Of a stretch of DNA of 64,000 nucleotides, positions 1-12,214 are shown in pieces. This DNA comes from Takakia lepidozioides. Its lineage: Eukaryota > Plantae > Bryophyta. How positions within the stretch are numbered: the stretch's first letter is position 1; every line of letters begins with the position of its first letter. The stretch lies in contig CM060733.1 of assembly GCA_030704615.1 (NCBI GenBank), positions 75,020,001 to 75,084,000 of the forward strand, read 5' to 3'. The position numbers and the translations under genes were made by a program. The notes beneath the pieces are model-generated. The model did not search any database. It worked only from the letters and a program-made list of their open reading frames with translations, and had not been told where the DNA came from.

Positions 1-198
1 CAACGCGCCCGCACAAACAATGTAGCGCACCCGCACACCATCGAGCATCTTCATGCTGGTGGTTTTGGTAACGCACCAAGGATGGCCGTCATGTTTTCTA
101 TCCATATCTGTCAACATTCCGGACGCCCTCGAGTAGTCCGCCCGAGGAGGGAACTCAAAGAAGATATTACCGTCGACGTCGGCGGGAAGGCATGTAAC
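1..198 (-). pseudogene. N-terminal GCM-like (WRKY-superfamily) DNA-binding region of a MULE-type transposase, running off the left edge
   Basis: Manual minus-strand translation gives VTCLPADVDGNIFFEFPP...DRKHDGHPWCVTKTTS...RVRYIVCAGAL. This fits the LP-D-DG / DG-W / TS / R-xxx-C-G pattern of GCM-like transposase N-termini. It is not in the ORF track as such. Confidence 0.5.
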
Positions 199-879
199 CA
201 ATTTAATTGCAAACTTGCTGTAGTCCAGCCCAACCAGCTCCAACCGGTGTCCCTCCAGGTGAAGCCCTCGCAGAATTTCAAGAATAGATCGAACTGCGGT
301 GCTCGTGCTGGGAATATGACTCCCTCCTCCACTGACGTCCATTGAGGACTTGCCTGATCTCCTGGACGACCTCGGAACTTCCATGACCTCGTCTGAGTCG
401 GACAGGTTGTGAACAACCCGGTTCTCGCTCGTCTTCATGGATGGGCAACGAGCCAAGAGGTGCAAGTGGGAGGGGACTCACCCACTCCGAGTATGGGAGG
501 ATGGACCCGGCAGATGTCCCCTCTGCACGGAAATGAAGCTCTATGCTTGTGAGGAGGGCAGTACACTGTAGCGCTCGGGTTTTCCGCCATGGGAGATGTG
601 CACACAAGACTGCCAGGATGGCGTGCGGGGAAGCTCCCTGGTAGAAGGGGGATGCAGCGATGGGAATGAATGCGATGCCGATTTGTCCGAGCGACGAAGT
701 CTGATCCAAATCCAGGGAGCCAACTATCTCAAAAATCCACAGTCAGAGTGTTAATGAACCTTGTCTCCGGAATGCGGCCCCTGGTCTTTGCGCAATAACT
801 GCCAACGGTATGCAGTCAGAAAGTGGGGGGCCGTCCGGATGATGACGGTTGAAGGGGAGAAGCCGGCACCGTGCCGTCA

Positions 880-2960
880 CATTACTACCCCCAAATGGAA
901 ATTCGGCACCCAATATCCAACAGGGGAAGCCCGGATGAAGTTGCCTCGGGCGCAGAGGCCGGCGCGTGTGCGACAGAGAACATCCCCTGGATGAAGATTC
1001 GGCGCCGAATTTCCATCCGGGCCCCCCAAAAGGAAGTCGTGTCGGGGGGTCAGGCCGAAATTTGGCCGGCATAAAAACATCCCCAGATGGAAAAACGGCG
1101 CCGAATTTCCATCCGGGGCGGTTCGGATGCACTCGGGGAGGGGGGAGAGGCCGGCGCTTGGCCGTCGCATTTCAACCCCCGGACGGAAATTCGGCACCGA
1201 ATATCGAACAGGGCACGCCCGGATGAAGTCGCCTCGGGCGTAGAGGTTGGAACGTGTTCGACAGAGAGCATCCCCTGGATGGAGATTCAGCGCCGAATTT
1301 CCATCCGGGCCCTCCCAAAGGAAGTCGTGTCGGGGGGTCGGACCGAAAACTAGCCGACATAAAAACCTCCCCAGATGGGAAAACGGCGCCGAATTTCAAT
1401 CCGGGGCCGTTCCAATGCAGTCAGGGAGGGGGGAGAGGTCGGCACCTGGCCGTCATATTTCAAACCCCGGACGGAAATTCGGCACCGAATATCCAACAAA
1501 GCGGCGGAGAGGCCGGTGCCTCTCCGACAGAGACCATCCCCCGGATGGAAATCCGGCGCCGAATTTCCATCCAGCACGTAAGTGGAATCCCGGATGGATG
1601 GAAATCCGGCGCCGCATTTCCATCCTGCAGGTAATTGGAATCCCCGATGGATGGAAATCCGGCGCCGAATTTCCATCCTGCAGGTAAGTGCAATCCCGGA
1701 TGGATGGAAATCCGGCGCCGAATTTCCATCCAGCAGGTAAGTGCAATCCCGGATGGATGGAAATCCGGCGCCGAATTTCCATCCAGCAGGTAAGTGCAAT
1801 CCCGGATGGATGGAAATCCGGCGCCGAATTTCCATCCAGCACGTAAGTGGAATCCCGGATGGATGGAAATCCGGCGCAGAATTTCCATCCAGCACGTAAG
1901 TGGAATCCCGGATGGATGGAAATCCGGCGCCGCATTTCCATCCTGCAGGTAATTCGAATCCCCGATGGATGGAAATCCAGCGCCGAATTTCCATCCTGCA
2001 GGTAATTCGAATCACGGATGGATGGAAATCCGGCGCAGAATTTCCATCCAGCAGGTAAGTGGAATCCCGGATGGATGGAAATCCAGCGCCGAATTTCCAT
2101 CCAGCAGGTAAGTGCAATCCCGGATGGATGGAAATCCGGCGCCGCATTTCCATCCTGCAGGTAATTCGAATCCCCGATGGATGGAAATCCGGCGCCGAAT
2201 TTCCATCCTGCAGGTAATTCGAAATCCCGGATGGATGGAAATCCGCCGCCAAATTTCCATCCTGCAGGTAATTCGAAACCCCGATGGATGGAAATCCGGC
2301 GCCGAATTTCCATCCAGCAGGTAAGTCGGATCGCTGGCGTATGGATATTCGGCGCCGAATTTCCATTCACCAGGTATTTCATCGCTCAGAATTACCTTCC
2401 TGCAGGTAATTCTGATCTGAGAATTACCTTCCTTCAGGTAATTCTGCTCGATGAAGGTAAGAAGGTAATTCCTCGCTCAGAATTACCTGCATGAAGGTAA
2501 TCCATCGATCAGAATTACCTGCAGGAAGGTAATTCATCGATCAGAATTACCTGCAGGAATTTAATTCATCGATGAGAATTACCTGCAGGAAGGTAATTCT
2601 GAGCGATGAAATACCTGGTGAATGGAAATTCGGCGCCGGATTTCCATCCATCCGGGATTCCACTTACCTGCTGGATGGAAATTCGGCGCTGGATTTCCAT
2701 CCATCCGCTTCTGAATTACTTGCGTGAGGGAAATTTCCAGCGCCGCCCTACCTGCGCGGATGGAAATCTGGCGCCGGATTTCCATCCATCCGCTTCTGAA
2801 TTACCTGCGTGAGGGAATTTCCAGCGCCACCCTACCTTGCTAGATGGAAATTCGGCGCTGAATTTCCATCCTGCTGCGCTCCGAATTACCTGCAGGATGG
2901 AAATCCGGCGCCGGAATTCCATCGTGCAGCGCTCCGAATTACGTCTACGTTGGAAATTCC
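880..2960. repeat. Complex tandem array of palindromic units (core GGATGGAAATCCGGCGCCGAATTTCCATCC)
   Basis: About 15 units of ~53 bp at ~1540-2325. These are preceded by ~288-bp higher-order units (880-1540) and followed by inverted units (2576-2960). Confidence 0.95.
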
Positions 2961-3729
2961 GGGCCTCTTTACGTCGATTTTCATCCGACATGGAGGGCTT
3001 CATCCGACATTTAATTGCGCAGTTGGGCAATAAATGTCCACCGCCGTCGGTTCTCATTCGGGCTGGCGACACATGGCTTCCTGGATACATACCCTAAATC
3101 TCATGCTAATCTTGGCTTAACATGCTATTCGAGGCATGTACCCCAAAAACGGAGATCTTTTTGGCTGGGACTTATGCCGCCTGAAGGGCGTGGCTCTCCT
3201 GAGAGAGACCTCACATCCAGACCGCGGCGGAAGTTGAAAGCTCTGTTCTACGGACGACGGCCAATCTCTCGCATGGCCAAACTGAAGCTCCAGCAGGAGA
3301 TTCCAGTGTCTTGCTCACAACCCGCGCCAACTGAAGCCGAGTACTCTCAGGCAAGCCACTTCTGCTTTCGGTTTGTTCGATTTCTTTTTTGCTTTCGCTT
3401 TGTTACCTCGCTTTGTTTTTGCATCTTCATCCTGGCTTCGCTGGATGAACTTTAGATAGTTGAGTGAACCTTAGATTGTTTGCAATGCGTGTGCAAATCC
3501 GGCAGCTCTGGAGAAGGCTGCTTGTGCATGTCATTCTCAGGCAATGGTTGCATTTGTTTTCATTATTGTTGCATGGCTCTCCATACTTCCTAAACTTGTT
3601 ATGTTTTCATTTTTGCTACACGATTGTTGCTATGGTGGTTGCGCTGCTCGTTGCGATGCTGGTTTTTGCACCGATGTTGGTTTTCACGATTTTTGTCAAT
3701 GACAGAGTGACGACGAGCCCGGCACGCTG

Positions 3730-5447
3730 GTGGTATCATCGACAGCTCCAACTCATCGCATGTTTGAATCGCCCAACTTGGGGCGAGAGGGCAAACTTAA
3801 ACCTTTTGTTGGTGGACGGGAGGACTTGCAACGAGAGTACGATAGAATAGGCATTGGGGAGGTTGGTGCAGGCGGCATGGCAGGTGAAGGGCGTGACGAC
3901 ATGAGGACAGCAGATCCGGCAATGGAGGTTGTTCATGCACATGCAGTAGGGCCCGCCCACGCAAAGAAAAAGAAGAAAGTTAAGCACATGCAATCCCCGG
4001 CGAGAGAGCCGTCACGGGCTGCGGAGGGGGGAGTGAGCAGTGCGCGCGAGGGTGTCAGTTTGCCTCAATCAAAGGTGGTCGTCCTGGTGGGCTCCCCTGC
4101 TGGTAGCCCTAGTAAGAAACAGAAAGCCCGTGAGAGGGCAAAAGAGAGGGCAAAAGAACAGACGAGACAGAATGCTAGCCAGGAGGAAAGAGAAAAGGCA
4201 GCTGAAGAGGCCAGGGGTGCCCAAATGATAGATGCCAATGTAAGCGAGGGACGCACAGAGACGGTGGATCCCTCCAAGACACCACAGAGAGGCAGTAACA
4301 CACCGGTTAGACCATCGCGGGCAAGAGCAGCCCCTGCAATTACCCATACGGTGGAGAGTGGAGGAGAGGAAAGAACACCAGAAAGAGCACGGATTGTGCA
4401 AGTTCGAGGTGAAGCCAGGGAGAGGGCAGTAGAGATGGGGAGAGTGCTGGAGGTGGTTTCGTAGGTGGCTGACCCTGTTGATGAGGACGACATGGAGCTT
4501 TCTGACCAGGATGACATCCTCCCGGACATCCCCAGGCCCCAAACCCGGAGCATACAGGCTGGATTTGGCGGTCCTGGTGGGCTGCCGGAAAACCCCTCTG
4601 CAGCAGACGTCATGTCTGAGGCGGATATGAAGTTGGCCGCTGCCAAGATGTTGGAGGCAACCCACAGCAACATTGGCAAGGTGCTGGGGGGCATGGTGTA
4701 CCCGGCCAAGCTTCGAATTCCCCTTTGCCGCTTGGTGTCATTGCAGGTGGTGAGACCTGCCCTCCCAGGCGATATCGACAAGCTGAAATTCTCTTTCCGG
4801 GATGGATATCGATGCCGCGTTTTACGTTTCCATTGAGAATGACCATGGAGCTTCCCGTGCCCACACTTCCGATGAGGTGGACAAATGGGGTCCCCATTGG
4901 CAAACGCGAAATGAGGAGTTCGAGAGATCGATTGCTAGTGATCCTCTTTTCCAGCACTTGTCCGGTAAGATGTTCTACGTGTGGGACGGCAATCATCGCC
5001 TCCTGGCATGGATGGAGCACATTGCCCAAGCCCACCCCAACGACCTCGATTGGCATTTCGCCGTGGATTGTGTTGTGCTGAAGGTTGCGGGGCCCAAAGA
5101 TCGCAGTCTTCTCAAAGCTGCAATGGCCGACATCAACTCGTAAGCTACAACCCCTCTCGCTTTTGGACTTTGAATTTGGAAGTCATTTCATTGCGAATCC
5201 TCATATATGATGGAAATTCCCATTTCAGTATTGTTTCATGGAAATGTGGCACTGCAGGGTGACTGAGAATGCCTTCATTGCCACCAACTTGTCCCATATG
5301 CTCTTCCGAGTGAAGGATGTCGGGAAGCAGGGGGTGCAAGAGTTTGCCAATTCCCTCAGTGCCGACCTCCTGCGCAAGTCGGAGGCAAAGGCAGACAGAA
5401 CCTGGTATAGGCTGAGCGTCGACGCCATGGTGGACTACATATTTCGG
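3730..5447 (+). pseudogene. ParB/sulfiredoxin-like domain protein (transposon accessory gene), disrupted
   Basis: Reads RIPLCRL...VRPAL.GDIDKLK.SF.DGY / AAFYVS...KMFYVWDGNHRLLAW, the ParB DGxHR motif. It has an in-frame TAG at 4462-4464 and a frameshift near 4805. A phase-compatible GT-AG intron at 5140-5257 joins ...ADINS to VTENAF... Confidence 0.7.
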
Positions 5448-8350
5448 GTAAAGCTCCTGACAGTTTTGTTGAGCTAATCTGTCTCTCCTCCCCCAATAGA
5501 AGAAAAGGTCTTCGCCGTGATTTCTAATCTCCTCCCCCAATAGAAGAAATTGTGTTGAAACAGACAACCAGAATCTGAGATATAAATCCTTAAAGGCTGC
5601 GGCTTCAGATCTCCTTCGGATCCATACATATACACAAACGTTATGCCTCAGAAGAACGAGAAACAACTGGTTGACCAGTCGGAACTACTCTGGCGATCAC
5701 GACATCCTAAACTAAAAATATACCTTGTGTTTGAGCCGGGGCAGAGGCACATCATGGAGGGTGTTCTTTGTAAGCATAGGCTCAAGCGTCCTCCCAAAGG
5801 GATGAATACGAGGCCAGAACGTGACGACACTAATATGGAGGAGGCTACATGAGAATATAAGCGGATGAAGCCGTGGAGCCTACGGAAGGAGCCGGGGATG
5901 GATTCTAAGGATGACGATATCTCCATCTCAGACGCACCTCCTGCTGTGCCACATGAAACTGTTAGCACTCAACGCATTGTCAACTCTACATTGGACGGAC
6001 CTCTTGTTGTGCCACAGGAAACTCTGAAACGCATTGTTAAGTCTACATTGGGGACCTACTGCTGTGCCATAGGAAACTCTGAAAGCCCAACGCATTATCA
6101 AGTCTACATTGGACGGACCTACTGCTGTACCACATGAAAGTCTTCGACCTCAAGACCAGATGATGAAGTTTACACCTCTTGCACATTTAAGTTGAGAAGA
6201 GGCCATAGATGGCTTGTTAAGGTGTCCTTGTTACTGACCTCGGATATTGTTGTGCCTCCCAAACCCGCACCTGTTCCATGCCCAGGACTCACCTATCTAA
6301 TGAAGTACAGCGTGCTGCCCGAGGGATTCCAATCTCCGGATGATGCTTCTTTCCCGGACCGTCTTGTCGCACTTATTCAAAAATTCGAGTTTCCAAATGA
6401 TAGGCACTGCCTTTGGTCAATGGTGGCTTAAAGCATGGGTAACACACCTTCTTCTTGGCCTGCACCTTCTTTTACATGTTCCCTTCCTTGATGATGCGTG
6501 TCTCTACATGTTATTTGAAGTTCAGACCTGCAGTAACTTTTTGGCTATTACTAATATGAATCATGGATCTACAATGGGGGGGGAGCAGAGGCATGCATCT
6601 CCAGAGGAGTAGGCAAGTTGTGGAAAATGTGGTGGAGCTATTTGCCATACGTCCTTGAATATCTCGTGAGCATACTGCTCAGTTCTAGGAATGCGAACGT
6701 GTGTTTGCACATCACAAGTATACCAAGGCATTGCTGGATTGTGAACTGTAATTGATTGCAACTCAGTCTGAGTTTTGAGGCTTGTAGAAGACTGCTCGTG
6801 GATGAGAATATTGCAAAATGTGATAGACAGCAATATGATGACAACAGGAGGGAATCTGGAGGTTAGCTATTTCATGAGCATGAGCGGCATGAGCAGAGTA
6901 GTAAGACAATTGGTTTTCATGAGCAGAAGTTCAAATTTTGAAATTAAAAAACATTAAAAATATATTATTTTTAATGGAATGTGTCAGAACAATAATAATA
7001 TAATATTCATTGTTTGAAGCTGAAATTGAAGTTTTGGGAGCCGTGCTCATGATATTTTCTCTTGCGCTCATGGAAATTCCGACCGACATCTGTAAAAATG
7101 GCGCCAAGTTTCGCGGTAATAGGTTCCGCAACCGAAGAAAATGGTGACGTATTTCGCGGAAATAGGTGCCTCCGACAAAAAATGGTGCCAAATTTTGCAG
7201 CTATAGGTCCCTCCATGTCAAGTGTGTTGGCCCAAAAATTGGAAATGTGGCGCCGAATTTCGGGAGATGGTGCCCATGACTGCACAGATGTTGGGCAGTT
7301 TTGGGCCACATAACTAGAAATCCGGCGCCATATTTCCAGACATCGTTCCCATATATGTTGGGACTTAGCCAATTTTTGGCCCAAAATAGGGAAATTCGGC
7401 GCTATATTTCCAGAAATGGCCCCCGCAACTACTACGATTGGAACTCAGTTTTTTGGAAGATCTGCAAATTTATCTTGCCGCCATCTTATTATGGATTCTG
7501 TTTCGACATTGAACTGTCACTGGACGTCAACGGATATCCAGAAGTCCATAATGTGTTTGAAAGAGATTACTTTAATATTGCAGGTCTCATTCATAGAATT
7601 TTGGGGTGGATTTCAGTACACTGCAAAACATAGTCTAATGCATAAAAATGCAATTGAAAATATCCATATGGTGGATTCCCTTTCCCCATCAATGATTTCT
7701 GGAATCCCTGCCGAGGAGTTTGTGCAGCTCCTTCGTCTCACTGGATGGGTGTGAACATCTCCTTCCAAGTGTTGGCCTCTTCAAAGCAAAGGCGTGTCTC
7801 GAAGGCCCTCTCGCAAGGCTGCTGCCCACTTTGGATTCTTGGATCTGGAGGCAGTCCGCATCAGCATTTCTTGCCTATCCGGCCCCAAGCCCCACTGTTT
7901 CCCCCTGGGGGGTGCACCAAGGTTTAATGTACCTATCACGTGCGTGAAGGGGGTTTATTAAATATCCCCACATACAGACTATGTATATATAAAGGGGTTG
8001 GAAAAGTCCTAATATATATATATATATATATATATTTGGGGTTATGTTACAGATGTTAGTATGTAGCGTACTGGTAAGGTCTTCGTTCACCCGCCGCGGC
8101 ATCTCGTGCTCAAATTCTTTTTGAGACGTTTTTTTTTTTTTTTTTCCCGCCTCACTAAGCCTTATCCGCTGCGCAAACCTCGTCCTCTTCTGCAGCACGC
8201 TCACCTCGTCGTCCTCTTCTGTTGCGCGCTCACCTTGTCTTCTTCTGCTGCGCGCAGGTTGGGGCAGGCCGTGTGTCAATCTCTGTCTGCCTAGCTGCAC
8301 CGTGGTGGTTCTCACAGATAAATCCGACAATACCTGACTACAGATACAAA

Positions 8351-9461
8351 CAGCACACACAAGAGGTCCTTTTGGGTTGATGGTCGGTCAAATCCTCCAT
8401 GGGTCATGACACAAGGTCAAGAACAATGTGGTGAGGGCAGCTTCTTCTTTGACCTATTTCTGCCTGTTTTCCCCTCTCATCAGACTCGGCCCTGAGATGC
8501 ATGTTGAATTATGTACTTTAGCTCGTTGGGTGGACCTGTGATGGTTAGGAGTGACTTTGACAAGTTACTGCCATGGGACAGCAGGAAAGTATCCAAAAAC
8601 AGATAACATAGCTGAGGAGAAGGCACCTTCTTCAACACATTTCACCCTATTTTCCCCTCTTATCAGAATCGACCCTACATTTCCATGTTGAATTCTGCAA
8701 GTTAGCTAGTTGAGTGAATCTTTGGTAGTTTGGAGTGACTTTGACATGATACTGCCAATGTGACACAGGAAAGTATCCAAAAACAGGTAAATAGAGATGA
8801 AGACTAGAAGTTGTGGGATGAATACTTTTCTGACCCCAGCCAATGGTGGGACAAACGAGGCAAAAAGGTGAATGCCTGCAGATTACCAGATGTCATTCTG
8901 AACGCAGCAGACACAAGCTGCACACACAAGAGGTCTTTTAGGGTTGATGTTCGGTCAAATCCTCCATGGGTCATGACACAAGGTCAATGACAATGTGGTG
9001 AGGGCACCTTCTTCTTCAACCTATTTCTGCCTATTTTACCCTCTCATCAGACTCGGCCCTGAGATGCATATTGAACTCTGTAAGTTAGTTTGTTAGGTGG
9101 ATCTGTGGTGGTTAAGAGTGACTTTGACAAGTTACTGCCGATGTGGCAGCAGGAAAGTATCCACAGATAACATGGATGAGGAGAAGGCACCTTCTTCAAC
9201 ACATTTCACCCTGTTTTCCCCTCTTATCAGAATCAGCCCTACATTTCTATGTTGAATTCTGCAAGTTAGCTGATTGAGTGAACCTTTGGTTGGAGTGACT
9301 TCGACATGGTACTGCCAATGTGACAATAGGAAAGTATCCAAAAACAGGTAACAGAGATGAGGAGAAGCTATGGGATGAATACTTTTCTGACCCCAGCCAA
9401 TGGTGGGACAACCGAGGCAAAAAGGTGAATGCCTGTCAGATTACCAGATGTCATTCTGAAC
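8351..9461 (+). repeat. Tandem duplication of a ~565-bp unit that ends in PPR-coding sequence
   Basis: CACACACAAGAGGTC...GTCATTCTGAAC occurs at ~8353-8902 and ~8920-9461 with scattered differences. Each unit has an internal sub-repeat CACCTTCTTC..AACACATTTCACCCT. Confidence 0.9.
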
Positions 9462-10870
9462 ACTGCCCTAGTGGACATGTATGTCAAATATGAGTGCATT
9501 GAGAATGCAAAGGAAGTGTTCAACACTATGGCTAAATGAGATGTGGTGTCGTGGAGTGCGATGCTTGCAAGGTATGCACAGCAGGGGCGCGGGATGGAGG
9601 CTTTGGAGACCTATGAGCAAATGATGGGGGAAGGGGTGAAGCCACATCATGTTTGTGTGCGTTTGAAGTCCGTGTGCAAGCGTGGCAGCCCTGGAAAAGG
9701 GCAAAGAGGTGCATGGTTGCATCGCAAAAACTGGAATTGTACCAGATGTGATTCTGAACAATACCCTCGTGGACATGTATGCCAAATGTGGGAGCATTGA
9801 GAGTGCGGAGGGAATGTTTAACACTATGGCTGGACGAGATATGGTGTCATGGAACGCGTGATTCTTGCAGGATGTGCACAGCAGGGGCATGGGATGGAGG
9901 CTTTGGAGACCTATGAGCAAATGAGGGGGGAAGGGGTGAAGCCCGACCACATAACGTTTGTGTGCAAGTCTGGTAGCCCTGGAAAAGGGCAAAGAACCAT
10001 GGTTGCATGTCAATCTGAAATTGTATCAGATGTGATTCTGGACACTGCCCTTGTGGACATGTATGCCAAATGTGGGAGCATTGAGGATGCGGAAGGAGTG
10101 TTCAACACTATGGCTAAATGAGATGTGGTGTCGTGGAGTGCGATGCTTGCAGGGTATACAGAGCAGGGGCGTGGGGCCTTGGAGACCTATGAGCAAATGA
10201 TGGGGGAAGGGGTGAAGCACAACCACATCACGTTTGTGTGCGTTTGCAATGCTTGTGCAAAGCCTGGCAACCCTAGAAAAGGGCAAAGAGGTGCACGGTG
10301 ACATCAGCAAAGCTGGAATTGTACCAAATGTCATTCTTGACACTGCCCTGGTGGACATATGCGAAATGTGGGTGCATTGAGGATGCAAAGGGAGTATTTG
10401 ACAATGTGCAGGCTGAACGAAATGTGGTGTCGTGGAACACGATGATTGCAGGATATGCCCAACATGGTTGGCATAGGGAGGTCCTGCAACTATTTGAAGG
10501 AATGCAAGAGAACCGTTTGAAGCCGGACAGTATCACCTTTATATGTGTTATCTCTGCATGCAGCCACATTGGCCTACTGGATGAAAGAAGACACTACTTC
10601 GATTCCCTTAGTCAAGATCATGGTGTCACTCTGACAGTAAAGCACTTTGGCTGCATGGTGGACCTTCTTGGACGTGCGGGACAACTAGATGAGGCAGTGG
10701 ACCTGATTAATGAAATGCCATCAATCCAAATGCTGTGGTGCCTGCAGAATCCATGGCAATGTGGAGATGGTTGAACATGCGGCAACATCTATCCTCACGT
10801 CGGATGAACAGGATGCCGCGACTTATGTATTGCTATCAAATATCTATGCTGCAGCTGGCAGGTGGGATCC
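9440..10870 (+). pseudogene. PLS-class pentatricopeptide repeat protein with E domain (organellar RNA-editing factor family), pseudogene
   Basis: Repeated ALVDMYAKCGSIEDA..VF, DVVSWSAML and KPDHITFVC motifs, then HFGCMVDLLGRAGQLDEA and the E-motif GACRIHGN...YVLLSNIYAAAGRWD. Many frameshifts and stops; no DYW domain seen. Confidence 0.92.
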
Positions 10871-11144
10871 ATCTGAGCAGCATAATGTTCTCCCTGCATT
10901 TTACCAGCACCTAACAACAAGCTGTATGTCCCATCACATTTCACATGAGCTTGTTCTTCCTTGTACAACAATTTGACACTTAGATTAGTTTATATAGCTA
11001 CCGGGACATTAAATTAAAATCCAAACTATTTGAAATCTACAGGGCAGTCCTGCTTCCAAGATATAGATCGATTAATTTAGAATATCATACGTTGTAGCTG
11101 ACCCCACCATCTGCCCTCGAATTCATCGCGTCAGGAGCTTAAGG

Positions 11145-11145
<1 letters not shown>

Positions 11146-11199
<54 letters not shown>
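11146..11199. repeat. (GA)n microsatellite
   Basis: Directly visible dinucleotide run. Confidence 0.98.
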
Positions 11200-11207
<8 letters not shown>

Positions 11208-11221
11208 CTCTCCTGATACCC

Positions 11222-11650
11222 TTTTGAAAATAGCAAAGAAGTCCATGGTGACGTCGTAAGAGCTGGAATTGTACCAGATGTCATTCTGAACCCTACCTTG
11301 GTGGACATGTAATTCAAGAGCGGGTGCAGCAAGGTGGTTTAACTACATGTAGTGTGTTGACAATATGGCTCAACGAGATGTGGTGTTGTGGAACGTGATG
11401 AATGCAGGATATGCATAGTAGGGGTGCGGGATGAAGACTTTGGCATACAGACCTTTGAGCAAATGATGCAGGAAGGGTTGAAGTTGGACCAGATCATGTT
11501 CGTTTGTGTTTATAATGCATGAACAACCATGCAAGCAGCCCTCAAAAAATGCAAAGAGGTCCATAGTGATGTTGTCAAAGCTAGGGTTATATCAGGTGTC
11601 ATTCTGAACAGTACCCACGTCAACATGTATGTCAAATGTGGGAGCAACGA
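11222..11650 (+). pseudogene. Additional degraded PLS-PPR repeat fragment
   Basis: KEVHGDVVRAGIVPDVILN.TLVDM and EVHSDVVKA...VNMYVKCGS motifs, with stops. Confidence 0.8.
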
Positions 11651-12214
11651 GATCTGTTATTACTATTATTGTTTTTTTTCATTTTGTTTGCCTGAGCAGG
11701 GAGTTGTGTTGCTGTCTCTCTCCCCCCTACTTAGGCCAAGGAAAACGGGGAGGGAGAGAGGAGCAGCAGCAGCAGCTGTTGCACACAAATCCCCCCCGGC
11801 CTAAGTGAAAACAGCAGCGGCAGCAACACAATTGATAAAACAAAGCACTGCTAATGAAGGCACCTTCCTCAACACATTTCAGCCTGTTTTTAACATTTTT
11901 ATAAACAAAAAAATAAGTTTTATTGGTTACACAAGTTATTTTGATTTTTTTCAAATCCGATCTATAATTTGCCCATAATTTTGTATTAAAAATTATACAT
12001 AAATAAAGGGTTTTTATATTCTCAATGAACCCATGAATACATTTAGCAGGGTATCGTTATTCATTAATTGTTTGTTTTATATAAATACTTTAGGGGTTTA
12101 ATAAAGGTTTAAAAAATATAATAAACTCATGAATTAAGCTATATACAGGGGTATTGTTTATTGGCTGATGCACGCACGTGATATGGTCTTTTTATGAAGA
12201 ATGCACCCCCCAGG

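Larger units (their letters stand above)
1..7969. mobile_element. Mutator-like (MULE) DNA transposon copy 1, decayed; left end lies outside the window
   Basis: Contains a transposase N-terminus (minus strand, 1-198), a palindromic array and a ParB-like gene. Its terminus at 7904-7969 matches the inverted terminus of copy 2 (12148-12214) in two 13-bp blocks with equal distance to a terminal CCCC. Confidence 0.55.

Noticed and set aside
1540-2325. CRISPR-like array of palindromic repeats
   Set aside because: The linkers are two recurring variants rather than unique spacers, there are no cas genes, and the context is eukaryotic.
743-3097. Many overlapping ORFs (MEIRRRISI / DGNSAPNFHP repeats)
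   Set aside because: They are translations of the palindromic DNA repeat in all frames on both strands.
7969-12148. Pack-MULE capturing the PPR gene
   Set aside because: The matching termini point inward toward the PPR segment, so it lies outside both elements rather than between one element's TIRs.
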